Of a DNA stretch of 64,000 nt, positions 25,729 to 35,878 are shown in pieces. The stretch lies in IMG/VR virus record IMGVR_UViG_3300027816_000052, positions 1 through 64,000 of that record, one strand, 5' to 3'. The notes under the pieces were generated by a model. The model was not told the origin of the DNA, ran no database searches, and saw only the letters and a list, made by a program, of their open reading frames with translations. The first letter of the stretch is position 1; every line of letters starts with the position of its first letter. The position numbers and the translations under genes were made by a program.

Positions 25729-26408
25729 TATTGTACGAATATAAATTTATTTCCTTCAAGTTTATAATTAAATCTAGCTTTATTCTCATCAATTACATAA
25801 TATAAGTCACCTTCAATACCAAAGACTTCATTACCTTTAAAATCATTTGCCCAATCATTTTTAACAAATGTTTTAAATAATTCAAAGTTGTTATTATTTG
25901 TTTGTTGTGGTGGATTATTTGTTTGTTGTGGCGAATTATCATATTTGTCTTTAAGATTTGAAAAGACATCAACAAAATTAATCCATTCATCGTCATAATC
26001 AATATCATCATCAATCCACGTAAAAAAATTATCGCCTTGACCATATCGTGTTTCAAAAAATGCATTAACCGCACATAAATCACCAAAAGTCCCTACTGAT
26101 AATTTATCTAACCCCTCTTTTACTTTATCTAAATCTGTTCCAGTTGGAATTCCAAGAGTAGCCCTTGAAAATGCATCATAAAAAGTACGTGCAATAATTT
26201 TAATCTCTTCATCAGTAAATGTTTTAGTTTTTAATACTTCTGTTGTGCAAGCATCTAAAATTTTTTCAACATCTTCGGGATGACCTTCATTTAAAAGACC
26301 TTTTATTTTTTCCTCATTTTCAGTTAACGTCATATCATTTTTATATGACATAAGGAGTTTAACTCTATTAAGAGATTCCAAACCCTCATCTAATTTATAT
26401 TTTTCCAT
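25728..26408 (-). CDS. Hypothetical virion-type protein (start re-called at MEKYKL)
   Basis: ATATTTAT lies just upstream of the ATG at 26408; the longer ORF call overlaps the previous gene. Confidence 0.65.
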   Translation of the reverse strand: MEKYKLDEGLESLNRVKLLMSYKNDMTLTENEEKIKGLLNEGHPEDVEKILDACTTEVLKTKTFTDEEIKIIARTFYDAFSRATLGIPTGTDLDKVKEGLDKLSVGTFGDLCAVNAFFETRYGQGDNFFTWIDDDIDYDDEWINFVDVFSNLKDKYDNSPQQTNNPPQQTNNNNFELFKTFVKNDWANDFKGNEVFGIEGDLYYVIDENKARFNYKLEGNKFIFVQ

Positions 26409-26440
26409 AATTAAAAAGTTTTTTATATAAATATATCGAC

Positions 26441-27148
26441 TTATAATAAAGTATTTGCTTTTCCGCGAGTTAAATCTGTTGACCATTTATTTTTTTGGTC
26501 AATTGTATTTGCTTTACCTCTTTTTATTGGATAAGTTTCAGACCATTTTTGTTTTGGATTAGTCGGATTTGCCGGTCCTCTTTTTACACCGCTATCCCAT
26601 TTTGTTACCGCAGGATATGCTGGGTTTTCACCACTTGTTGGTTCTTGTTCTTTTAATTCACTGCTTTTTTTTAAAATTTTTCCTATTATACTACCGCCAA
26701 TTTTAATCCCATCTGGTAAATTTTTTATTTTTGTCCCACCAATTCTCAAATCACCACTAACATTAAGATCGTTAGGTAAAAATTTAATTCCAGTACCAGA
26801 TAAATCTAAATTACCTATAACATTAAGATTTTTTGGTAAAGCAATTAATTGTTCACAACCATATAAAATAAAAGACCCATTTATGGTAAGATTATCTGGT
26901 AAAAATTCAATATCCCCAAAGATGAATTGAATTCCTCCATTAATAATAACCTTATCATATTGTTGATTAAAAACCCTTGTTAATTTCTCAGAATCATTTC
27001 TAAATACATTTTTAAGAATCATTTTAAAATATTCTGGATTCTTATTAAAAATTCTTCTGTTATTTTTTTCTTCTTCTTGCTCAAGAAGGACCTTTCTAAC
27101 AATCCTATATAAATCTGATTCTGTTAATTTTATCTTTTTCATAACCAT
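26441..27148 (-). CDS. LRR-like protein with MKKIKLTESDL leader and C-terminal KW..RG.AN repeats
   Basis: LPDNL/LPKNL/LPNDL repeats; three KW-x5-7-RG-x-AN units. Confidence 0.8.
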   Translation of the reverse strand: MVMKKIKLTESDLYRIVRKVLLEQEEEKNNRRIFNKNPEYFKMILKNVFRNDSEKLTRVFNQQYDKVIINGGIQFIFGDIEFLPDNLTINGSFILYGCEQLIALPKNLNVIGNLDLSGTGIKFLPNDLNVSGDLRIGGTKIKNLPDGIKIGGSIIGKILKKSSELKEQEPTSGENPAYPAVTKWDSGVKRGPANPTNPKQKWSETYPIKRGKANTIDQKNKWSTDLTRGKANTLL

Positions 27149-27178
27149 AAATAGTTTGGTTTATGAAAAATATGAATT

Positions 27179-27508
27179 TTAAAATATAACAGCGGTAGGA
27201 ATCTTATCCGGATTATCCAAATAAAATTCATTTATAAATGTCTTTAAATCTTCTTCTTGAATATCGTATATGTTTGTATCATTATCATAATGTGAGTCGT
27301 CCATATCCTCATCACTATATTCGTTGTTTACTTCCTCAAAAATATCATAATCATCAGAAAAAACGTTAAACCCATATTCTTCAATTAATGAAATATCAAA
27401 AGTGTCTTCTCTTATTTCAGAATCAGAATCTGTAGCAAATCTAAATTGCACTTCAATTGTTTTCGAAGATTCAATTATGTACTGCGAAACAATTTCTTTA
27501 ACTTCCAT
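27179..27508 (-). CDS. Acidic hypothetical protein
   Basis: Start re-called at MEVKEIV, directly after the stop of the upstream gene. Confidence 0.65.
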   Translation of the reverse strand: MEVKEIVSQYIIESSKTIEVQFRFATDSDSEIREDTFDISLIEEYGFNVFSDDYDIFEEVNNEYSDEDMDDSHYDNDTNIYDIQEEDLKTFINEFYLDNPDKIPTAVIF

Positions 27509-27509
27509 A

Positions 27510-27941
27510 TCAATACTTCTTAATTCGATTGAACATTTCAATGATTAAATTTCTTTGAGTGTTGAAACTTTCTTTAAGGTCTTCATCAATCTCTTCAAAG
27601 GTTTCAGCTTCACACTGCTCACAAACCTCATCTTCCTCAACATAATCAAATTTATCACCAAGTTCCGCTGTTTTATAGTTACATTCACAAACTTCTTCAT
27701 TTAACCCGCATTGTTCACAAACCTTAACCTTTTCTTCATTTATTCCGAAGTTTTTGTATGTACTAACATTACCTTTATTACTTAAAGTAATACCTCCCTT
27801 ATCTTTTGCTAAATCTTCAATTGTTAAAGGTTGTGAGTTTGATGTTTTGCTTAAAGTGACATAACCATCATAAAGAGTCTTATGTTGATTTTTAATTGCG
27901 TCTCTTTCTTCGTTTGAGATGTTAAAAAAGTATGCGTTCAT
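27510..27941 (-). CDS. Hypothetical protein with CEQC motifs
   Basis: 143 aa; two CEQC motifs; ATATTTAT upstream. Confidence 0.7.
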   Translation of the reverse strand: MNAYFFNISNEERDAIKNQHKTLYDGYVTLSKTSNSQPLTIEDLAKDKGGITLSNKGNVSTYKNFGINEEKVKVCEQCGLNEEVCECNYKTAELGDKFDYVEEDEVCEQCEAETFEEIDEDLKESFNTQRNLIIEMFNRIKKY

Positions 27942-27983
27942 GGTAATAAATTTAATAATAAATATGCGTTAATTAGAAAAAAA

Positions 27984-28253
27984 TTATTCCAAAATTTTAA
28001 TAATAAGTTCGGACGTTCCTTTTATTACTCGATGAAACATTTCTTTAGGAATAAAGATTTTTTCATTTTTAGCCAAACATTTTGGTAATTCATTATCCAA
28101 TTGGAGTTTCCAATCGTTTTCATTTAATGCAATTACAGTCCTATCCTTTTTATCACGATGCCATTTTAACTCAATAGGGTCAATATCATCGGAAAATTTC
28201 CGAATCATAACATCATTTTCTATTATTTGTGAATAAGGTCTTTCCATTACCAA
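27984..28253 (-). CDS. Small cupin-like protein
   Basis: ELKWHRD...WKLQLD...IFIPKEMFHRVIKG. Confidence 0.6.
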   Translation of the reverse strand: MVMERPYSQIIENDVMIRKFSDDIDPIELKWHRDKKDRTVIALNENDWKLQLDNELPKCLAKNEKIFIPKEMFHRVIKGTSELIIKILE

Positions 28254-28804
28254 TAACCCGGATATGTTTTACCTCCCCACAAGTGACCATAACGATTTAC
28301 TCTGCAAGCCCAATATCCTGCGGTCATTCTATCTTTTTTATCTTTGCATCGATGTCTTGATGCGAATCTTTTTCTAGCTTCAGGATTTGAAACTTTCGCA
28401 CTTAATCCTGTTGTATCACCAAAACTAATTTTTTTAACTTTTCCAGTTTTTGGGTTTTTAACGTATACATAATATTTTTTTGAACCCCCACGCATAGGAT
28501 ATCCAATCCTAACGTCTTTTCCTTGGTACTCAGCTTCGATTAAAAATTCAATTTCCTCTATTGGAAGATCCAAAGGAACAATGTTTCCTTCATATTCATC
28601 CCACATACCGATATCGGTACTTTCATATAGCTCTCTGTCAACACCATTTAATTCAATTTCTTCAGAATCATAAAGATTTCTTACTTCGGTTATTAAATTA
28701 AAATATGATTCAGAACCATGTCTGAAAACATTCTCGGTTATTTGAATATCATTTTCTAAATGATAATTTAAGTTTTCGGAAATTATTGTTTTTTTCATTT
28801 TCAT
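28247..28804 (-). CDS. Hypothetical protein with basic C-terminal domain
   Basis: EAEYQGK...KKYYVYVKNPKTGKVKKISFG...RHRC...AGYWAC. Confidence 0.75.
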   Translation of the reverse strand: MKMKKTIISENLNYHLENDIQITENVFRHGSESYFNLITEVRNLYDSEEIELNGVDRELYESTDIGMWDEYEGNIVPLDLPIEEIEFLIEAEYQGKDVRIGYPMRGGSKKYYVYVKNPKTGKVKKISFGDTTGLSAKVSNPEARKRFASRHRCKDKKDRMTAGYWACRVNRYGHLWGGKTYPGYW

Positions 28805-29286
28805 TCTATATTTGTTGATTCGATATCTGAACTATCAGAATCTTCTTGAATAAGGTCGCCATCCCAAGCATCGGTAGTACCCTGATTAATATCAAAGATT
28901 AGTGCCTCTCTAGCATGATTATAATCATACGCTTGAAATGTGTGTCTATATGTTCTAGTCCAGACTTCGGTTGTTGTTTGTGTGACATCAAAACTAAAAT
29001 CTTTTAATTCAGGAATAAAAATCGTTTCTTCGTTAAGTTTATTTTCTTTTATTAAATCAATGTTTTCTAGCACCAATAATGTATAAAATGATAATTCATC
29101 CAAATCATAATGGTCAATGCTTAACGCACTTGATGCTTTTTCTAATAAATCAAGCCATTCACCGGGAACATTAAAATCAAGATTTTCCAATTCATCCATT
29201 GGTATATTTCTTTTTAGGCTTACATTATAGAGTGCTTTAGCTATCTTTACTAAGGTTTGTTTGTCGCGTTCTCTTCCTTTCTTCAT
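28801..29286 (-). CDS. Hypothetical protein
   Basis: 161-aa ORF. Confidence 0.65.
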   Translation of the reverse strand: MKKGRERDKQTLVKIAKALYNVSLKRNIPMDELENLDFNVPGEWLDLLEKASSALSIDHYDLDELSFYTLLVLENIDLIKENKLNEETIFIPELKDFSFDVTQTTTEVWTRTYRHTFQAYDYNHAREALIFDINQGTTDAWDGDLIQEDSDSSDIESTNIE

Positions 29287-29318
29287 TTGTTTTTTTACAT
29301 ATAAATATATTTATAAAT

Positions 29319-29729
29319 ATGAATCTATCAAAAATTTTAAATAAAGAAACATTATCTGAAATTGTTAACTTTCTAAAAGAAAGAGGTTTAGATAATGATG
29401 AAATACGTTTTGGTATTAATAATGCAACAAATCTTCTTAAAGACGTACCAAAAAAATTTAAAATATATCGAATTATTTATTTAAATAATCCATCTGAATT
29501 AGATAAAGAAAAATTAGGCGCTCATTGGACCTTAAATAAGGAAAACCTACTTGAGTCGTACCGTATAATGGATGAAAAAAATTATTGCTTAGTCACAGCA
29601 AATGTAAGTGAAGAAAGAGTTATTCTTAGAAGAACATTTGAATTAAATGCTGAATATCCAAATGAGATGGAAATATTAATTGATAATGATGGGAAAAATT
29701 TAGATGTTGTTAGTATTGAATGTTTTTAA
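29319..29729 (+). CDS. Hypothetical protein (weak ADP-ribosyltransferase-like YR / HWT / ExE pattern)
   Basis: KIYRII...LGAHWTL...NEMEILI; the family assignment is only a pattern guess. Confidence 0.5.
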   Translation: MNLSKILNKETLSEIVNFLKERGLDNDEIRFGINNATNLLKDVPKKFKIYRIIYLNNPSELDKEKLGAHWTLNKENLLESYRIMDEKNYCLVTANVSEERVILRRTFELNAEYPNEMEILIDNDGKNLDVVSIECF

Positions 29730-29962
29730 TCGGGTTTAATCGTTTTCCAATTTGTTATTTTACCAGAAGGTAATTTTTCTGCTAACCAAATACAAATTTC
29801 TTGTTTTTTACCAGTCAATTTACAAATACGATATAGATATGGTATTTTATATCGTTCACCCTTTTTTTGAGGTAATTCAAAAGTAATTTTATGACGAATA
29901 TAATATTCCCAAATGTGAATGTTCAATTTGTCCATAAGAATGGCAAAAAGGGAACGTTTCAT
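29726..29962 (-). CDS. Hypothetical protein
   Basis: 78-aa ORF with HxW...RxCxxxG motif. Confidence 0.55.
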   Translation of the reverse strand: MKRSLFAILMDKLNIHIWEYYIRHKITFELPQKKGERYKIPYLYRICKLTGKKQEICIWLAEKLPSGKITNWKTIKPD

Positions 29963-30012
29963 GACAACTGGGAATCATTTTATTATTGGTTTAGTTTTTT
30001 TTAATAAATATA

Positions 30013-30696
30013 CTAATCTCTATTAAAATCATTCGTCTCAATATCAAAATCTTTTTCAAGAACACAATGTTGTATTGTCTTTACAGTAAAATGCATCATA
30101 CCGTCAGTTGGGTCATAATCACAGTTAATAGCATCTTTTAATTCCATATCACTTGGAAGTTCGGTATAACCACCAAAAGGGTTAAATCTTTTAATGATTC
30201 CCTTATGTGCTTTGCGAATATCAAATGCTTGAATACCATACGACGAATCGGCACCCCAAACACAACCAGCAACAAAAATGATTGGTAGATATTTTGTTTT
30301 TTCAATATCTTCTTTTTTTATTCCTTTTACTTCTTGATCACCAAGATAAACTTCATACCTAGAATCTTCAGCACGTTTAATCTTATGAACTTTTGGTTGG
30401 TAATAATGAACAGGACAAAACCCATATTCATTATATTCTTCACCACCGATATCCTCACATGAAGGAAGTTTCATAATACGAGTCATAACATATTTTGGTG
30501 AAAATAAAGCGTACCAATTACCATCTTCACCAACAAAAGGAATAAATGTTGTATTACCTCCGGTTGGATAATTTCTGGTATATTCACCAATTTTTTTCTT
30601 TTTATCAAAAACTTCAACTAACTGATGATTCCAATAACCGGTTTCTTCTCGATTAATGACTTTAGCTTCGACCCTGTATTCGTGTTTTGTTGCCAT
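30013..30696 (-). CDS. Hypothetical protein
   Basis: 227-aa ORF. Confidence 0.7.
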   Translation of the reverse strand: MATKHEYRVEAKVINREETGYWNHQLVEVFDKKKKIGEYTRNYPTGGNTTFIPFVGEDGNWYALFSPKYVMTRIMKLPSCEDIGGEEYNEYGFCPVHYYQPKVHKIKRAEDSRYEVYLGDQEVKGIKKEDIEKTKYLPIIFVAGCVWGADSSYGIQAFDIRKAHKGIIKRFNPFGGYTELPSDMELKDAINCDYDPTDGMMHFTVKTIQHCVLEKDFDIETNDFNRD

Positions 30697-30701
30697 ATTA
30701 A

Positions 30702-31016
30702 TTAATAATTTATTTCTTTTTCAATTGACGTTTCAATAAAAACATCATAACGACTGCAAATATACATAAAAAAACCATGCTTATCCACTGAAACTTTTCT
30801 AATGAAAGAATTTTTAAATTCCAAACCATTAACTTTAAAATTATAATCACCATCATCAATATGTTTTTCGGAATAAAAAACAAATTCTGGTAAGTCATCA
30901 CCATAATCATTATTGAGTTTTAAAAACTTATTTATTTTTCTTTTTTTTGAAAGTAATACGTTTTTAACTTCTTCAGCGTTATGATTTGTTGTTACAATTT
31001 TAAGATTTTTTGTCAT
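30702..31016 (-). CDS. Hypothetical protein (start re-called at MTKNLK)
   Basis: The longer ORF call runs through tRNA-Val(GAC). Confidence 0.6.
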   Translation of the reverse strand: MTKNLKIVTTNHNAEEVKNVLLSKKRKINKFLKLNNDYGDDLPEFVFYSEKHIDDGDYNFKVNGLEFKNSFIRKVSVDKHGFFMYICSRYDVFIETSIEKEINY

Positions 31017-31031
31017 GTTTATTATTTCTTG

Positions 31032-31106
31032 TAGTTCCTTTCGGACTCGAACCGAAAACCTTTTCCACGTCAAGGAAACGCTCTGAACCAATTGAGCTAA
31101 GGAACT
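31032..31106 (-). tRNA. tRNA-Val(GAC)
   Basis: AGTTCCT/AGGAACT; TTTCC-TTGACGT-GGAAA; TTCGG-TTCGAGT-CCGAA. Confidence 0.9.
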
Positions 31107-31208
31107 GTTAACAAAGGGGGTTAATGATAACCCCATTTGTTTTCTACCAACCTAAATCTTTCGAAACTTTGCCATGTCACCTGTAAATAGTGACACTTAT
31201 TCAGAAGT

Positions 31209-31225
31209 TGGTGGACCCGGTGAGG
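31209..31225 (-). pseudogene. 3' remnant of an Ala-type tRNA
   Basis: Minus strand CCTCACCGGGTCCACCA resembles the 3' end of tRNA-Ala at 35879; no 5' half. Confidence 0.45.
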
Positions 31226-31235
31226 CTCTTTTTTG

Positions 31236-31305
31236 TACTCCGTGAGAGATTCGAACTCTCAGCCTTCTCGTTAGGAGTGAGATGCTCATCCAGTTGAGAC
31301 GGGGC
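31236..31305 (-). tRNA. Degenerate tRNA-Arg(CCU)
   Basis: T-arm GAGAG-TTCGAAT-CTCTC and loop CTCCTAA present; nt 8-10 missing; C3xA70 mismatch. Confidence 0.6.
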
Positions 31306-31310
31306 ATGAA

Positions 31311-31814
31311 CTATCTATATCTGTTCTCCACGTACCAATATATGGCTTTATTTTTCACCTCAACACGTTCCTTGACTATACCACGAACTCCAGATGAAGT
31401 AGCATATTTTCTTGATAGAGACTTGTCAGACAATATAAGTTGTATTACATATCCACTCCACACACTATCATAGAGTCCGTCCGACTCCACAACTTCTTCC
31501 TCTTGTGTTGTTATTGGAGAGAATTCTGGAAGTCTACGAAACTCTTTCTCTGTTCCATCTTCCGCGTAGAAGCGGAAACCATCACTCTCGGCAATAATGG
31601 TCAAATCACCTTCCATAAGATCTATCAGACAAGATTGTATACCAACCCTGACCTTGTATAATCCAGATTCAAAATGCTTAGTGATTTCTCCTTTTCCATA
31701 TTCAACTTCTTTCAATTGATGATCTATTACAACAATTCTTAGATCTTCACTAGGAGCTTTCACGCGCAACTCATACTCGACAATGGTTTTAGTTGGTATT
31801 GTGGTCACTCTCAT
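31311..31814 (-). CDS. Hypothetical protein
   Basis: 167-aa ORF. Confidence 0.65.
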   Translation of the reverse strand: MRVTTIPTKTIVEYELRVKAPSEDLRIVVIDHQLKEVEYGKGEITKHFESGLYKVRVGIQSCLIDLMEGDLTIIAESDGFRFYAEDGTEKEFRRLPEFSPITTQEEEVVESDGLYDSVWSGYVIQLILSDKSLSRKYATSSGVRGIVKERVEVKNKAIYWYVENRYR

Positions 31815-31878
31815 TTGGCAGCGTCTTTTATGATGTGCTTGACCTCTTCGCTGGAGAAGCCCATTATGTGCTTGAGTA

Positions 31879-33072
31879 TCATTTTTGTTTCAAATCTAAG
31901 TTAAGATCTTTAGCCGATTTCATCATCATAATTTCCATGAAATTTGCCGCCGCATTGCTAGAACCACTTGAGTTACCACTCATATATTGAGGAACAACAT
32001 TTCCTTGATATTTCGAGAAGGCGTTTGCCCAATATTCTTGTGATTTAAGCCAAGCATCCAACTTTTGCTCAAGAGCGCCATTAGCAGACATTACAAGACG
32101 TTTCTTTTCAGCTTCACCTTGACCTTCAAGAATTTGTTTTTCTTTATTAAGTCTAGCAGTTTCAACATCAAGTTCAGCAACTCGTTTACGCGATTCAGCC
32201 TCAGTCACTTGTTTTGCTTTAATAACCTCTTGATCCCACTTAGCTTTAGCTGCTTCAGCTTCACCTTGTTTTGCGATGGTAATAGCATCTTGTTCGGCTT
32301 TTTTAGAATTTGCAATTGCCAATTGTACACTCATTAATGCTTGTTGTTGATTTTGAATTTGCTTTTCAACGGTCGCATCATATGTAATACCATTAATTGA
32401 AATATTATAGAGTCTAATTCCATATCCAGCAATTGGTGATTCTTCTTGTCGAATTGGTTGACCGGGAGTCTTTTCAACAATCTCAACTTTGGTTACTAAT
32501 TTTTCCTCACCAGTCAATGGATCAGCTTCTTTAACCTCAACTTGTTTAGTTTTATATACACCTCTAGAAGCTTGATCTTCAATATAGAAAATCAAATCAT
32601 TTCTTTTTTCCGCATACGACTCTTTAGATGTCATAAGCGGTCCAGTCATGTAAACTGATTTTTCAATGTTAGTTTTAATTAACTGATTCTCCAACGCTTC
32701 TTGCGAACCAAATGTTGAGTGTAATTTAATAATTTGTTCAGAAGATAAGGGAAGATCATAACGAACCGATCCTGAAATTGTTGCATGTCCACCATCATTC
32801 CATTTTACGGCAATTGATTTATCTGTTTCACCCTCCTCTTTTGGAGAAGAAAACCAAAATTGATTTGATTTACGATAATGTGTTGCCCTACCAAATAATT
32901 GCCAAACCCAACCCGGTTCAGTATATGTATGAAGATTACCATCAAATGGGTCTTGAATAACAACAACTTCTCCAGCATCAACATCTTCCCAAATAAGGGG
33001 AACAAAGATTAGACCAAGAACAATAAATACGCCAATAACAATTGCACTAATAGATTTTTTAAAGTTTTCCAT
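31879..33072 (-). CDS. SPFH/Band 7/prohibitin family membrane protein
   Basis: N-terminal TM, V.AGEVVV...G...EPGW, SPFH core, AE-rich coiled coil. Confidence 0.85.
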   Translation of the reverse strand: MENFKKSISAIVIGVFIVLGLIFVPLIWEDVDAGEVVVIQDPFDGNLHTYTEPGWVWQLFGRATHYRKSNQFWFSSPKEEGETDKSIAVKWNDGGHATISGSVRYDLPLSSEQIIKLHSTFGSQEALENQLIKTNIEKSVYMTGPLMTSKESYAEKRNDLIFYIEDQASRGVYKTKQVEVKEADPLTGEEKLVTKVEIVEKTPGQPIRQEESPIAGYGIRLYNISINGITYDATVEKQIQNQQQALMSVQLAIANSKKAEQDAITIAKQGEAEAAKAKWDQEVIKAKQVTEAESRKRVAELDVETARLNKEKQILEGQGEAEKKRLVMSANGALEQKLDAWLKSQEYWANAFSKYQGNVVPQYMSGNSSGSSNAAANFMEIMMMKSAKDLNLDLKQK

Positions 33073-33078
33073 GTTTTT

Positions 33079-33345
33079 TTAAATTTTTGTTTTGTTTTTA
33101 ATTTTATTAATTTTATTTACAGTTTGATTAACTTCATCATTCACCACATTATACTTCTCAACCGCCTTATCAACTTTTTCTTCCAGTTCATCTATCGTTG
33201 ATGAGTGTTGGATTTTTTCTTTATTTTTCTTTTTAAGAAACCAAAAAAATTCTAATTTGGGAATAAAAAGAGGTAGAATTATTTGTGTTATAATTGTTAG
33301 TATGCTTATAACTGTTAATAAAAATATTATAATTATTTTAGCCAT
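33079..33345 (-). CDS. Membrane-anchored coiled-coil protein
   Basis: N-terminal TM; adjacent to the SPFH gene. Confidence 0.6.
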   Translation of the reverse strand: MAKIIIIFLLTVISILTIITQIILPLFIPKLEFFWFLKKKNKEKIQHSSTIDELEEKVDKAVEKYNVVNDEVNQTVNKINKIKNKTKI

Positions 33346-33550
33346 TTTGGTTTTTAAATTTAAAAATTATATCATTTATATCATTTCTTATTGATTCCAT
33401 ATCATCTATGTCAAGATAAAATGAAAATGAATCATCACCTTGACTACAGGTTAACCATATTTCATCATCACCACCTTGAATAAAAAATTCCAAGTCTTTA
33501 TCTCCTTGTGAAAATTTATATGTTTTTATTGTTTTCATTTTATAGTACAA
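33338..33550 (-). CDS. Hypothetical protein
   Basis: 70-aa ORF; the start may be MKTIKT. Confidence 0.55.
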   Translation of the reverse strand: MYYKMKTIKTYKFSQGDKDLEFFIQGGDDEIWLTCSQGDDSFSFYLDIDDMESIRNDINDIIFKFKNQNG

Positions 33551-33578
33551 ATATAGTATATGTTTTTAACATAAACAA
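33548..33578 (-). promoter_or_regulatory. Bacteroidota-type promoter
   Basis: TTG-N20-TATATTTG. Confidence 0.7.
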
Positions 33579-33579
33579 A

Positions 33580-33765
33580 TCAAATGAAAATTTCACCAAA
33601 TAAGGAAATATATTCATTTTTTGGTATTTTACAATAAACATCACCAACCCAAAAAAATACATCGTCACCAATTTCATTCGGTTCGGTGATATTCCATTTT
33701 TTAACAATATTGACAGGTATTTTGTCGTAATCTAAATTAGGGAAAGCAACATGTACGTAGTCCAT
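33580..33765 (-). CDS. Hypothetical protein
   Basis: 61-aa ORF downstream of a promoter. Confidence 0.55.
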   Translation of the reverse strand: MDYVHVAFPNLDYDKIPVNIVKKWNITEPNEIGDDVFFWVGDVYCKIPKNEYISLFGEIFI

Positions 33766-33781
33766 TTTTTTTTAGTTTACA

Positions 33782-33812
33782 CAAAGATAATAACAAATAT
33801 TTAAATTTCCAA
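33782..33812 (-). promoter_or_regulatory. Bacteroidota-type promoter
   Basis: TTG-N20-TATCTTTG. Confidence 0.75.
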
Positions 33813-33844
33813 TAACTGATAATATTTATTTTAAAAGTTGGTAT

Positions 33845-34630
33845 ATGAGAAATCTAATCAAAAAAGTTTTGCGTGAATTTGTATTAAAAGAAGCGGAAGA
33901 GACAGACCACGCAAAATGTCGTTATGTTAATAGAGTTGCGAATGAAAGAAATCATAAAACAACAAATGTTAAGGACAAAATTGGTAAAGAAGGAATTGAA
34001 AACATTAAATTTATCATCGAACTTGTTAAAAAAATAGATTTTCCAAAAAATATCGATATTGCAATTAATTTAGCTTATTCACCATCAAGAGATGTTAACA
34101 ATCCAGAAGGTTTTGAAAACGCAAAAGGATTTTATTTTAATGACCCTAATGATAATTGTACTAAAAAAGAAAATATTGAACCTAGCTGGGGACATTATTT
34201 GTGGTTAATAATAAGAGATAATTCTATCACAACAATAATGATTCATAGAACCAAACCAAAAGATTTAAGAGAGGTTAATATAGATAGATTAATAAATAAT
34301 TTAAATAACTATTTTGGACTTAATATTAAAGAAAAAGAACTTTCGTCGGCTGAAAATTTAAAACAAATAGATTTAACAAATGAGAGACTTTTCTTTAAGA
34401 TGATTAGTAAACCAGAAAAAAAATCTGAGGAATCTCCTTTAAAAAATGAAGAAATACTTCTTGTTAAACAAAAAAAATATGTTATTGATAAAATTAAAAA
34501 AACAATTCATCCAAAAAATAAACCAAAAGAAATACAGAAAATAGAAGAATTTATCAATTTAATTTTAAATTTAGAACCTTTTACCCCTGAAGATGAGAAA
34601 GCTATTGAATACTTAATTTCTTTGATTTGA
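33845..34630 (+). CDS. Hypothetical protein with LIKKVLRE...LKE leader
   Basis: 261 aa; ATATTTAT upstream. Confidence 0.7.
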   Translation: MRNLIKKVLREFVLKEAEETDHAKCRYVNRVANERNHKTTNVKDKIGKEGIENIKFIIELVKKIDFPKNIDIAINLAYSPSRDVNNPEGFENAKGFYFNDPNDNCTKKENIEPSWGHYLWLIIRDNSITTIMIHRTKPKDLREVNIDRLINNLNNYFGLNIKEKELSSAENLKQIDLTNERLFFKMISKPEKKSEESPLKNEEILLVKQKKYVIDKIKKTIHPKNKPKEIQKIEEFINLILNLEPFTPEDEKAIEYLISLI

Positions 34631-34918
34631 TTTTATAATTAATCTGTCATAATGCGTGAAATAACCCCGTTTATTAGCCTCATCTAATATTTCATCAGTT
34701 GTTGGTCTTGGTTGTTTTTCCAAATAATATTTGATATTTTTTTCATCCATATATTCTCTAATGGTTTCTTCAACATTACTAAATAAGCGATAAATATTAT
34801 CAGCTAAAATATCAGCATCAACCAATCCGGTTACATTTTCCATCATATCATCAAAAACAAAATTTGATGATTCATCCTTTTTAATAATCAAGATATAATA
34901 GTCGTATTTCATCTGCAA
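34613..34918 (-). CDS. Hypothetical protein
   Basis: 101-aa ORF. Confidence 0.6.
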   Translation of the reverse strand: MQMKYDYYILIIKKDESSNFVFDDMMENVTGLVDADILADNIYRLFSNVEETIREYMDEKNIKYYLEKQPRPTTDEILDEANKRGYFTHYDRLIIKSNQRN

Positions 34919-35364
34919 TGATAATCCGCCGCTTTAGTTGCGATTTGAATATTTGGTTTTACATTAACTTGATACCCCAATGAATTCGCCCACCCCTTTG
35001 TTGCACTGATTAATTGATTACTTTTATAAAATTCATCCTCATTATAATCCATATCTAATTCAAGTTTTAGACTGACATTAACTTTGTTTTTAAACCATTC
35101 CGCAATTTCAATCGTGCTTTCAGCTTCCTTCCAAAGTCTAGTCCATAAATCATTAATTCTATTGATTCTTTCTTTTGTGAAAATATAATGGACACCCCTA
35201 GTACCATAACGATAGGCGATAACGGAAACATAAACGGTTTCATTTGACACGTTTTGTGAATCAGTACCGATATGGATTTTTACATCAGGATTTTCCCTGA
35301 TAACCTCAAGAGTATGTTTTACAACATCTACTGGAGTTCCATCTAATTTTCTAAACACTTTCAT
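34909..35364 (-). CDS. RNase H-like YkuK (DUF458) family protein
   Basis: IHIGTDSQ...YVSVIA...L..EAESTIEIA...D.N...A..AD pattern. Confidence 0.8.
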   Translation of the reverse strand: MKVFRKLDGTPVDVVKHTLEVIRENPDVKIHIGTDSQNVSNETVYVSVIAYRYGTRGVHYIFTKERINRINDLWTRLWKEAESTIEIAEWFKNKVNVSLKLELDMDYNEDEFYKSNQLISATKGWANSLGYQVNVKPNIQIATKAADYHCR

Positions 35365-35376
35365 TTTATAGTTATT

Positions 35377-35733
35377 TTATTCGTCTACACTGATGAGGGG
35401 GAATTCAATTTTAAGTCTATAATGAATAAAATCATTCATATCTTCCACTAAATCAAAATATTTTCTATAAGACTCACCATTTGACATTTTTATTTTTAAA
35501 AATGGTTTGTAATAAACAACATAATCCTCAATATATAAGTTTTTGTTTTTAAGAATCTCTTCTTCTGTTATAAAAAAAGTTCCATTGTAATACCAATCAG
35601 CGTAATAAAATCCTTCTTTTCTTTCTTTACAAAATAAACTTTTTTTTCTGCGATTTTGCCAAACAAATTTATCATTTTCTATTTTTTCAAATTTTCTAAT
35701 ACTACAAATTTGTTTGATATTAATTTCTTCCAT
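35377..35733 (-). CDS. Hypothetical protein
   Basis: 118-aa ORF; TATCTTTG box at 35750-35757. Confidence 0.6.
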   Translation of the reverse strand: MEEINIKQICSIRKFEKIENDKFVWQNRRKKSLFCKERKEGFYYADWYYNGTFFITEEEILKNKNLYIEDYVVYYKPFLKIKMSNGESYRKYFDLVEDMNDFIHYRLKIEFPLISVDE

Positions 35734-35878
35734 TTTTAAAAGTTTGGTACAAAGATATGAAAAGTTTTATGAAAAAAAAAATTGCAACGATTTTAGCCTA
35801 CGTTAATATTTTGTGGGAAGAGCTTATCGTTATTAAGTTTCGCTTATTATACCAACACAATTTTTAATTCATAATACA

